Source: Syntrophales bacterium (GTDB taxonomy: Bacteria; Desulfobacterota; Syntrophia; Syntrophales; UBA6807). From it: a stretch of DNA of 64,000 nucleotides. The position numbers and the translations under genes were made by a program. The first letter of the stretch is position 1. Each line of letters begins with the position of its first letter. The notes below the pieces were generated by a model, which saw only the letters and a program-made list of their open reading frames with translations, was not told the origin of the DNA and did no database searches. Positions 20,155 through 29,800 of the stretch are shown here, piece by piece. The stretch is from positions 480,001 through 544,000 of the forward strand of contig JAXGPA010000001.1 of NCBI GenBank assembly GCA_040767195.1. Direction: 5' to 3'.

Positions 20155-21107
20155 GATGGAAGAAGTACCGTTTCCAGGCTGTGGGCGGGCCGGAAACCCC
20201 TATCGAGGAGCTTATCCGGAGAATAGGTCATGTCCTGGAAGATTTTCCCCCCCTGGGACCTGAGTGAGAAAAGGGGCCCCGCGGGAACCCGGCGGAAAGC
20301 CCGGTCCAGCAGTTGCAGAAAGCCTGACGGCACCGCAATCCCGGGAAGGGGGGCGAACAGACCCGATTTCCGGAAAACTCCCGTCATTTCGTTGAACGTG
20401 TAAGGCCGCCCGTCACAAAGATTGTAGACCTGAAATCCCTCGAAACGATCCCGGTTCCGGAGTATGAATTTTACCGCCCCGGAAACGTTCTGACGAGCGA
20501 GGGCGGACATCTTCTGTTCGCCCGACCCGTAACGGACATAGGCGATCCGGCCGGGAACCATGATCCTTCTTTCGAGATTCCGCGTCCAGTCCCGGTCGTA
20601 ACAGGGGGCGAGACGAAGGATGAGGGCTTTTCGAAGAAGGTCCCGGTCGTAAAGATCCCGAAGGCATTTTTCGCCATACCGTTTGCTCTTTCCGTTAATC
20701 CCCGACGGCCGGCACGGATCTTCTTCGACGATGGGCCCCCGTTTACCTCCCATCCCGTAAACGGAAACGGAAGAAAGGAAAATGAAAAAAACCCCGGGGT
20801 TGACACGGGCGGAAAGGGCGCCGAGCCTCTCCGACACGAGACCGTTCATCTCCATGCAGCGCCTGTCGTTTTTTCGAAGCCATCTCCCCGTTTTCAGGCC
20901 GGCTCCGTGAATCACCACGTCCGGCCTGATCTTTTCAAGCATGTTCGTCATTGCAAAAGGATCGCGAAGATCCACCCGCATCCAGGGGATGTTCAAAGCT
21001 GGTGGAACGTGGGCATGATAGGTCCCCGTCACGTCGTGACGGGAAGAAAGATCTCTGCAGAGGGCGCTTCCGATGAACCCGCTGCCGCCGGTAACCAGGA
21101 TTCTCAT
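20151..21107 (-). CDS. NAD-dependent epimerase/dehydratase
   Basis: TGGSGFIG, LSSVSVYG; catalytic YxxxK appears degenerate (NGKSK). Confidence 0.85.
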   Translation of the reverse strand: MRILVTGGSGFIGSALCRDLSSRHDVTGTYHAHVPPALNIPWMRVDLRDPFAMTNMLEKIRPDVVIHGAGLKTGRWLRKNDRRCMEMNGLVSERLGALSARVNPGVFFIFLSSVSVYGMGGKRGPIVEEDPCRPSGINGKSKRYGEKCLRDLYDRDLLRKALILRLAPCYDRDWTRNLERRIMVPGRIAYVRYGSGEQKMSALARQNVSGAVKFILRNRDRFEGFQVYNLCDGRPYTFNEMTGVFRKSGLFAPLPGIAVPSGFLQLLDRAFRRVPAGPLFSLRSQGGKIFQDMTYSPDKLLDRGFRPAHSLETVLLPS

Positions 21108-22099
21108 CGTTTTACCGGATTCAATTTTCTGCGTCTTATCATGTGGTAGAGGGAAACAACACCCAGACGGGCGGCGAGGATGGGAAGAATGACAGGCCCC
21201 AGAATGAATTTGGGGATCTTCGCGTTCTTCGCCACGAGCCGCCAGCAGCTCTTGTGGAACTCATAAATGGAGGGGAAAAGGCGTTTCTCGCTGCTCCCGC
21301 CGACGTGGTGGATTACCGACACCAGGGGAAAATAAACAACTTTCCATCCTGCCTGCCACATTCTCCCGCAAAGGTCGACATCCTCCCAATACATGAAGAA
21401 ACGCTCATCAAGGAAACCCACCTCATCGAGGACCTCTTTCCTTACCACCATGCACGCTCCGGAAACCCAGTCCACCGGCATGGGGGTTTTCCCATCGCAA
21501 CGGTCATGGATCATGTTTTTCCGGGAAACGGGGTTGTTGGGAAACCAACGGGTCAGAAAGGAATTCCGGCCGAAAAGGGCCGTCAGGGGCGTCGGAAAGG
21601 TACGGGCGGAACCCTGGATCGTCCCGTCGGGATTCATGATCCTTGGGCCGAGAATGCCCACCTCTCGATGTTCCCTCATGTAGGCCTGAATGCCGTCGAA
21701 AAAATTCGGCCGGAGGACCGTGTCGGGATTCAGCAGGACGACGAGGGGAGACCGGCATTTCGAGAGAAGGGCATTGACGGATCTCGAATACCCTTCATTG
21801 CGCGGCGCCCGTTCCATTTCGATCCCGGGATACTGACAGGTGACTCTCTCCGTACCGTCCCGTGACGCGTTGTCCCGGACGTAAACGTGAAGGGGAATAC
21901 CGTTTGGGGCCTCGTGGATCGACTTGAGACATTTCAGAAGATAGTCCGTGCTGTTGAAGTTGACGATCACCACGTCGATGGGAGAATTGTCATGGATCTC
22001 TCTTCCATCTTCGCAAATCATGCGGAATCTTACCCCCCGTTTCAAAACCGCCGGCCCGTTCAAAAGGCGGCGATCCTCGTCGCCCCGCGGGATCGACAA
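21104..22099 (-). CDS. Glycosyltransferase family 2 (rhamnosyltransferase-like; true start probably 22021)
   Basis: VIVNFN, DNAS.D, LLNPD, DWVSGAC, DERFFMYWEDVDLC. Confidence 0.93.
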   Translation of the reverse strand: MSIPRGDEDRRLLNGPAVLKRGVRFRMICEDGREIHDNSPIDVVIVNFNSTDYLLKCLKSIHEAPNGIPLHVYVRDNASRDGTERVTCQYPGIEMERAPRNEGYSRSVNALLSKCRSPLVVLLNPDTVLRPNFFDGIQAYMREHREVGILGPRIMNPDGTIQGSARTFPTPLTALFGRNSFLTRWFPNNPVSRKNMIHDRCDGKTPMPVDWVSGACMVVRKEVLDEVGFLDERFFMYWEDVDLCGRMWQAGWKVVYFPLVSVIHHVGGSSEKRLFPSIYEFHKSCWRLVAKNAKIPKFILGPVILPILAARLGVVSLYHMIRRRKLNPVKR

Positions 22100-23088
22100 A
22101 GCCTTCTAACGGATTCTTCCCTGAAGAGTCCCCAGATCTGCCGATTCGTGAGAATCCTTTTTTTCTGAATCTGCTTCCTTTTATTCAGCATTTTCGGAAA
22201 GCCCCGCAGAGCATCGAATTTCGCCCTGAGGAAGGTGAGGCCTCTCCCCCGAAGCGTAAAAAAAAGCAGGGAACCTATACCATAGAACAGGTGCAGATGG
22301 ATAGTCCGAAAAATGAGCGCTGCCGGCATGTTTTTCAGGTACACCCATTCGAGGTTCCTGTGGCCGTAATAAACGGATACCGGCGAATCCCGAACAATGG
22401 ATGCGCTGGTCCCGTGGAAAACGACGGCATCGGGAACATAAATGCAGCCATAGCCCCGAAGCTGGGCCCGGAAACTCAGGTCGACATCCTCATGAAGGAT
22501 AAAGAAATCGTTATCGAAAAGCCCGATGTTTTCCAGCATGGCCGACCGGTAGAGAGCGGCACCGGCGCAGGCGCCGAAAACCCATTCCTCCTCGCCGAAG
22601 CGCCCGGCATCCTCACCCCGGCCCCTCAGCCAGCCGTTCCCGGCTGTCGTATAGCCGTCGCCGGCCCGGTCGATGACCGTCGGCCGGTCCCGGAAGAGCA
22701 TCTTGGAGGCGGCGAAGCCGGCCCGGGGATGTCTTTCCAGAGCTCTTAGCAGGTTTTTCAGCCACGACGGGTGGGGAATGGCATCGTTGTTCAGCAGGGC
22801 CACATATTCCGTTCCAACCCGCTCCAGGGCCCTGTTGTTTCCTTCGGCAAATCCGAGATTCCGCCTGAACGGCAAGATCTCGACTTCCGGAAACGCCTGC
22901 TCGACGAATTCCACGGAACCGTCCTCGGAGCCGTTGTCCACGAGGAGAATCCGGACGCCGGGAACATCCTGGCGCCGAAGAGCGCCGAGACAGTCTCCCA
23001 GGAAACGTTTCCCGTTCCAGTTCACGACAATGACGGTGATGAGAAAGTCTCCATTGTCCGGTATGACGGCGCTTCCCTTCCGATTCAC
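22060..23088 (-). CDS. Glycosyltransferase family 2
   Basis: VVNWNG, VDNGSEDGS, NLGFAEGNN, LLNND, EDVDLSFRA. Confidence 0.93.
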   Translation of the reverse strand: MNRKGSAVIPDNGDFLITVIVVNWNGKRFLGDCLGALRRQDVPGVRILLVDNGSEDGSVEFVEQAFPEVEILPFRRNLGFAEGNNRALERVGTEYVALLNNDAIPHPSWLKNLLRALERHPRAGFAASKMLFRDRPTVIDRAGDGYTTAGNGWLRGRGEDAGRFGEEEWVFGACAGAALYRSAMLENIGLFDNDFFILHEDVDLSFRAQLRGYGCIYVPDAVVFHGTSASIVRDSPVSVYYGHRNLEWVYLKNMPAALIFRTIHLHLFYGIGSLLFFTLRGRGLTFLRAKFDALRGFPKMLNKRKQIQKKRILTNRQIWGLFREESVRRLCRSRGATRIAAF

Positions 23089-23321
23089 GGCAATCGTCCC
23101 CTGTTTTCAGGGAAAATAATGGATAGCATACCAAAAACGATTCGTTTTCGAAACGGTTTACATCGAAAAACGGAAAAACCTGCCCGGAGAGATGTAAGAG
23201 GAATATCAAAACCGGTCTTCGGTTCTGCCCTGCCGATGAAATGTCCCGACGGCTCAACAGGACCGAAGGGGAGCAGGATCTTCCGAAAACCCCGCTCCCC
23301 CTTTCCCATGTTATCTGTCCA

Positions 23322-25460
23322 TCACAGGCCGGGCAACGCGTCCAGCATGGATCCGTCTCTCGAGGCGTTCAGCTGGAAAGCGGCGACCGTCCCCGTGGAA
23401 GAAATCACCAGGTAAGTCGCCTCGGAAACAGAATTCCCGAAGAACTCCGACGGCTTGATGATGATTTTCCCTCTGGCCTCGAGACCGGTTGACTTCACCG
23501 CCACTTTCCCGCCTTCGTCGTTGAAGAGTTCCACGGTGAGCGTGGCCGCTTCGCCGTCGATGTTGACGACCCCGATCCCCGTTGCCCCGTCTTTTTCCAT
23601 TTTCGGCAGGATGGCCGTCAGCCCGTCGATGTTGAGGGTCTCGTGACAGGCCGCCAGGTTCACCCGGCGGAAGAAAGTCAGGCCTGTCACGGGAACGGGG
23701 GACGTGACTTCGAACCACCCGGCTTTTTCCGGAAGGGTGAAGGCCCCCGGGTACCGGAGGTTTATGGAGCTTTCCCCTTCGATGGACAAAACACTTTCCT
23801 CAAGGGGCTCTCCCCCGTCGCCGTAAGGCTTGATCGTGATGTCGCAAGACTCCCCGGATGTGTTGAAAACAACGCAATCCGTTTCCCAGCCGTTTTCACC
23901 CGCCACATGCACATTGTACAGGGCAAAGCCCCCGTCGTCCTTGAGCGGGATTCCTCCCAGCTGCCGCCCCCGGGCAAACAGGGCGACCCCTATGACGCCG
24001 TCGCCGTTTTCGATGACCGCCGACGAGAGGGACGGCCGGGGCCGCCCGTCGAAGAGCTCCCTGATGGAGAAGGCCCGCTGGTGAAGGGATTCGAGGATCA
24101 GGCTCTTTTTCGTCCCATCGTTGAACGCCATGGTGATGACCCGGCGTTCCCGGGACGTGTTCAGCAGGGCGAGCCCCGTCGCCGCCTGTTCGTTCGATTC
24201 GACATGGGGAAGGAAAAGGGGGCCCTGGTTGATGTCGCTGTTCCTGAAGGCCGGAGAAGCCGCCCGGCAGACACCTTCAAGAAACCACTTGGCATATCCC
24301 GCCACGGTCTCCGACGGGCTCGTAAAAACCGCGTAACGGACCTGGCCGGCGCTCTCGAACCCCGAACCGGGATCCCCGGCAAGGACTTCGAACCGTCCCC
24401 TGGGAGGGAGATCAACCGCTATTTCGGACACATATTCTCCGTCGTCCCGGTAACCGATGAGGACACCCTCCAGGGGGTCTTCGGCGCTTGTGTTGATGAT
24501 GGCTATTTCCGTCTCCCACCGCCCGTCGCTGACCACATAGGGGAAGTGAACGAGCTGGATGTCCTCGCAGGCCTCGATGTCCGACGCCCAGGCGACCATC
24601 CCGCCCTGCATGACATACACGAGAGGATAGCCCATGGAATCGAGAAAGCGGCCCGCCCGGTCAGCCCGGACACCGGATCGGCAGATGAGGAGGACCGGTC
24701 TGTTTTTCTGCAATTCCCCATATCTCAGCTGGAAGACCCCGGAATTCCAGGGATAATTCACGGAACCCGGAATGTGTCCTGAACAGTACTCGCTTGCTTC
24801 CCGGACGTCGACGGCCTGAACGTTTCCCGACGTCTGCATCATGACCTGGGCTTCTTCCGGCGTTATGGTGGAATGAACCAGAGGAAGGAAGTTCGCCTGC
24901 ACATTTTTTCTCGAATCGACGACAAGATCCGACGGGTTGGCGCTTCCATCCAGATCACCGGACCACTGGTCGAACCGGTATCCAGTCGCGGGAACGGCTT
25001 CGACCCGGGCCGTCGCGGGGGACGGAAAGGAAATCGTCCCGGGATAGGCGCTGATGAGGCTGCCGTTGACCTTCACCTGCCCTCCCCCGGACGGATTCAC
25101 GGAAACGGTCAGTTCCAGGATGGGGGCAAAAACGGCCGTGACGGTTTTCTGGCAGTTCACGTACAGGATGGCCGGATTGGCGCTGCCCGTCAGGTCGCCG
25201 GCCCAATGGTCGAAACGATATCCCGCACCGGGAACGGCCTGAATCTGAACGTTCCGGCCAGAGGAAAAACTGACATAGTAGGGAAAGGAAGAGACGGAAG
25301 CCCCGTCAATCCTCACGGTTCCACTGTTTTCGGGGCTGACATACACGGTCAGGCCAAGGCTGCTTCAGGCCCCTTCCGCCACCCCGGCGGCCGTTAAAGA
25401 GTAAACGAAAATCCATGCCACAAGAATTGACATGAGAACAAGAGCTCTTTTTCCTTTCAT
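23322..25460 (-). CDS. Exported putative selenoprotein (U32): signal peptide, 2 divergent InlB-B-like repeats, rhodanese domain, four-repeat surface module
   Basis: ATG 25460 gives MKGKRALVLMSILVAWIFVYSLTAAGVAEGA-TGA(25365-25367)-SSLGLTVYVSP, in frame with the 674-aa ORF. GYRFDHW.GDL repeats; DVRE..EY..GHIPG and ICRSGVRA rhodanese motifs. Confidence 0.8.
25334..25355 (-). promoter_or_regulatory. Candidate SECIS hairpin after TGA 25365-25367
   Basis: GG-C-CUGAC[CGUGUAU]GUCAG-CC at +10 to +31 from the UGA, with loop GU at +19/+20. Confidence 0.6.
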
Positions 25461-25507
25461 AAAGACACGTTCCCTTTCAGATCGAGATTTCTGCGTTTTC
25501 TTAAATT

Positions 25508-25921
25508 TTATGGATGGTCATCCATGACCATGAGATCCTCGAGGGTTGTCTCCCGAAGGATCTCATCCGTTGTTTTCTGGATTTTCATCCACAGCGTCCT
25601 GGTTTTGCAAGAACCGGACCGGGAGCACCGGTCCCCATTCCCGACACAGTCCGCAACAACCGTGGATCCTTCCATCACCCGAAGGACGTCCATGATCCGG
25701 ATGTCCCGGGGACGCCTGGCCAACTCGAACCCGCCCCGGGACCCCCGGACGCTCCGGACGAAACCCGCCGCTTTCAGCCTGTTGAAGAGTTGTACCAGGT
25801 AGAGGCCCGAGATCTCCTGCCTTTCTGAAATATCCCGAACGACAACGGGACCCGTTCCGGACCGGAGAGCCAGGTCCAGCAGGGCCCGGACGGCGTATCG
25901 ACCCTTCGTCGAGAGATTCAA
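25508..25921 (-). CDS. Rrf2-family transcriptional regulator (IscR-like, three Cys)
   Basis: STKGRYAVRALLDLA, VRSVRGSRGGFELA, C-x6-C-x5-C cluster ligands; TTG start. Confidence 0.92.
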   Translation of the reverse strand: MNLSTKGRYAVRALLDLALRSGTGPVVVRDISERQEISGLYLVQLFNRLKAAGFVRSVRGSRGGFELARRPRDIRIMDVLRVMEGSTVVADCVGNGDRCSRSGSCKTRTLWMKIQKTTDEILRETTLEDLMVMDDHP

Positions 25922-26168
25922 GACAACACCCCCTTTCCTGATATATGACTATCATGATAAGGTTTGTCTTCATTAACCCAACCGGAATCCTCTGTCAAGG
26001 AAAACGCCGACGCACCCGGTCCGTCCGTCTTTCCCGCCTTCCCCGGAAAACGGAAAAAATCATTGTCATATTTCTTTGGATTGAGTAAGAAGAGACATCT
26101 GCCGGCTGTCCCGGGAAAGCGGCTATTCTCCGGCTCTTCGCGAATTCGCCGAGGAAGGCGTTAAGAAG

Positions 26169-26816
26169 GTGCACCAGAGTTCTCTCGACAACATGCGTTC
26201 CTTCAGGGACCGGTACCTGGAGCCCCTGAGAGAGAAGCCCCTGACGATTCTCGACGTGGGAAGCATGGACATCAACGGCTCCTATCGGGACTTGTTTGAC
26301 AGCCCTCCCTGGCATTACCGGGGTGCCGACATGGCGGAGGGGAAAAACGTGGACCTTGTGCTGAGGGATCCCCATGCCTGGAAAGAGATCCCCTCCCGGT
26401 CCCTGGACGTGGTGATTTCCGGCCAGGCCCTCGAACACATGGCCTTTTTCTGGATCGTCATTCTGGAAGTCGAGCGGATTCTGAGGCCCGGAGGATTCTT
26501 CTGCCTCATCGCCCCGTCGGGCGGACCGGCCCATCGCTATCCCGTCGACTGCTGGCGGTTTCTTCCCGATGGATTTTCAGCCCTTGCCGCCTACGCAGAC
26601 CTGGAGATCCTCGATGCCTACGCCACGTCGGACCGGTTCCCACCATACGGGGACTCGAGCCGGGCATGGAACGACACCGTCGTTATCGGGAAAAAGCGGC
26701 AGTATTCCCGGCTTCGCAGGTGGAAAAAGGCGACCCTCAGGACCCTTCTACACCGCCTGCTTATCCTCCAGGTGGCGAACAGGGAAAAAAAGAAAACGGC
26801 ACCCGGTGAGATCTGA
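26169..26816 (+). CDS. Class I SAM-dependent methyltransferase
   Basis: ILDVGSMDINGSY, DVVISGQALEH, LRPGG, HRYPVDCWRF. Confidence 0.88.
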   Translation: MHQSSLDNMRSFRDRYLEPLREKPLTILDVGSMDINGSYRDLFDSPPWHYRGADMAEGKNVDLVLRDPHAWKEIPSRSLDVVISGQALEHMAFFWIVILEVERILRPGGFFCLIAPSGGPAHRYPVDCWRFLPDGFSALAAYADLEILDAYATSDRFPPYGDSSRAWNDTVVIGKKRQYSRLRRWKKATLRTLLHRLLILQVANREKKKTAPGEI

Positions 26817-26818
26817 CC

Positions 26819-29800
26819 ATGCATGACTTCTGGGACGTCATCATCAAACCCATTTTCGACCTTCTCCATCCCGCCGTCGTCGTTGAAATCGGCAGCGGGC
26901 AGGGAAAGAACACGGAAAATCTCATTCAATACGCTGCAAGGCACGACGGGGTTGTTCACGCCGTCGATCCCTGTCCCGATTTCCCCGCCGATGAATGGGA
27001 ATCCCTTCACGAAAACCACTTCGTGTTCCATCGAAGCCTGAGCCTGAGCGCCCTGGAAAAAATCCCGCCGATGGACGTCGTTCTCATCGACGGGGACCAC
27101 AACTGGTACACGGTCATCAACGAACTTCGGCTGATCGACAAGATCAGTCTCTCGCCGGGACGGGAGTTTCCCGTCGTCTTTCTCCACGACATCGGGTGGC
27201 CTTACGGGCGGAGAGACCTCTATTACAATCCCGAGAACATACCGGAACTGTTCAGAAAACCCTACCAGAAAAAAGGGCTGAAGCCGGGAGAATCGGACCT
27301 CCTCGACGAGGGCGGGCTGAATGCCCACCTGTTCAACGCCCTTTACGAAAACAGCCTGCAGAACGGCGTCCTGACCGCCGTCGAGGACTTCCTCAAGGAA
27401 ACGGCCCGGGACCTCTCGTTCTTTTCCCTGGCCGGCTTTCACGGACTGGGCATTCTCGTCCCGAAGGAACGGCTGAACCGGGAAGAGCGGCTCGGGGAAT
27501 CCATTTCCCGGCTCACCTCTTCGGAAGAGATGAGAAAATATATCGAACACCTGGAGCATGAGCGCATCCTTTCCGAAATCGGCCGGAGCGAGACGAAGCA
27601 GAGGCTCGAAACGGCGTCGGGCCGCCTGGAAGAGGAAAAAAAGAAAGCGGCTGGGCTGAGAAAAGACCTGAACGACCAGCGCATCGATCATGAAAGACAA
27701 ATCCGGGACATCCGCCAGGAACACAAGGAGGCCATGAGGGACATGGCCCGGGCCATGGAAAAGGAGAAGCAGGAACACGAGGCCTTCCGAAAGGCCCGGC
27801 TCCGGGAACTGAACAAGGTTCTCTCGGAAAGAGATCTCCTGATCCGGTGGCTCGACCAGGCGTCCTCGGGATACGACGCCCTGCTTACATCGCGGAGGTG
27901 GAAAATGGGCAACCGGATCGGGGAATTTCTCAGAAAGGCAGCTTTCCGTCCCCCCGTTCCCCTCGTGTCGGATCGGATCAGCCGTATCTTCGGCGATTTT
28001 CGCAAGTGGGAACAGAAAGGGTTCACCAAAATAACCGATGAGAGCCTAAAAAAAAAACAGATCGCCCGGTCCCTTTTTCTGAATGACGGGGCTTCCCGAA
28101 ACCCGGAAGGCCGATCGGCCGCCGATTTCTACGGGGAGACCCTCTTTCCCGTCACGGCACGGCGACGGTCCGAAAACGTATCCGAAATCCTCTCCTTTCT
28201 GCGGTCGCCGTCGATCACGGTGATCGTCCCTGTTTTCAACGCTCCCCGTGACACGGCAAAATGCCTTGACGCGCTTCTGCGGTACACGTCCCTCCCCTGC
28301 GAAATTCTCGTCATCGACGACGGCAGCACCGATCCCGAAACGATCGACGTGATCGGCCGCGCGGGCCGTCATCCCTTCGTCCGCGTCATCCGGAACGACC
28401 GCAACCGGGGATTTGTCGAAACGCTGAACCGCGGTCTCGAGGAATCGACGGGCGATGTGGTCTGCCTGAACAGCGACACGGCGGTGACGCCCCGCTGGCT
28501 GCAGAAACTGGTCCTCGCCGCATATTCCGATCCCCGGGTCGCGACGGTCACCCCTTTCTCCAACGCCGCCGGCGCCTTTTCCGTGCCGGAAATCGGCGTA
28601 AACAGGGAGATCGATCCCCCTTTCACCCTGACGGGGATGTCCCGCATGGTCGAAAGGCTTTCCGCGAACGATTACCCGAAGGTCCCCACGGGAAACGGGT
28701 TCTGCCTCTATATCAAGCGGTCCGCCATCGGGGACGTGGGCCTTTTCGACAGCGTCCGCTTCGGCAGGGGATACGGGGAAGAAAACGATTTCTCCATGCG
28801 GGCCCTGAAGAAAGGCTGGACCCACGTTCTCGACGACGCCTCCTTCGTCTATCACCGCCGGGGGGCCTCTTTCTCGGAGGAAAAGGAGGTCCTGGCCGAA
28901 AAAAACAGGAAAGTCCTGGACGAACTTCACCCGGAATACACGTCCCTGGTCCGGACGTTCGTCGCCTCACCGGAAATCGCCGAAATCCGGAGCCGCATCC
29001 GGCGGGGCGGCTTCCAGGAAGGCAAGATGGACTTCGATTCCCTCCGTATTCTCTTCGTTCTGCAGGAAGGCATGGGGGGAACGCCGGCGACGAACGAAGA
29101 CCTTCTCCGGTGCCTGGGACATCGTCACGAATGCTTTGTTCTCACGTCCGACTCCAGGCGTCTGAAACTGACATACCACCGGAACGGACGGAACACGGAA
29201 CTGTGGTCCCACACCCTCAAGTCCCGGTGGTCGGCCAAATCCTTCCATGTCCGGGAACTGGAAGAGTTCTATTTCACGATCCTGACCCTGTTGAAGATCG
29301 AGGTCGTCCACGTCCGCCATCTCTTCAAGCACAGTTTCGACATCGTCAGCCTCTGCCGGCTTCTCGGACTGCCCGTGGTCCTTTCCTTCCACGATTACTA
29401 CCTGGTGTGCCCGAGCATCCACCTCCTCGACGAAAGAAACCACTGCTGCCACGGAGACTGTTCCGAAACAGCCGGCCCGTGCCGGATACCGACGCCTCTC
29501 CTGGACGACATTTCCGACCTTCGGGGATTTCTCCCGTCCTGGCGCGACGAGGTCCGGAAACTCTTCGACGGCTGCCGGGCCTTCGTCACCACGTCTCCTT
29601 TCGCCAGATCCATCTATGTGAAGAATTTTCCCGAGCTCGAGGAAAGAGATTTCCGCGTCATCGAACACGGAAGGGATTTCGCCGACAGGAAAGACAGGGC
29701 CCCCGGTCCTGCCGCGGGCGGGCCCATGAAGCTCCTCATTCCCGGGAATCTGGACCGGCACAAGGGATCCGATTTCATCAGGAAGCTCCATGAAACGGAC

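Noticed and set aside
23085..23309. 74-aa ORF between the GT2 and the rhodanese gene
   Set aside because: No recognisable similarity; the region looks like a promoter-containing spacer.
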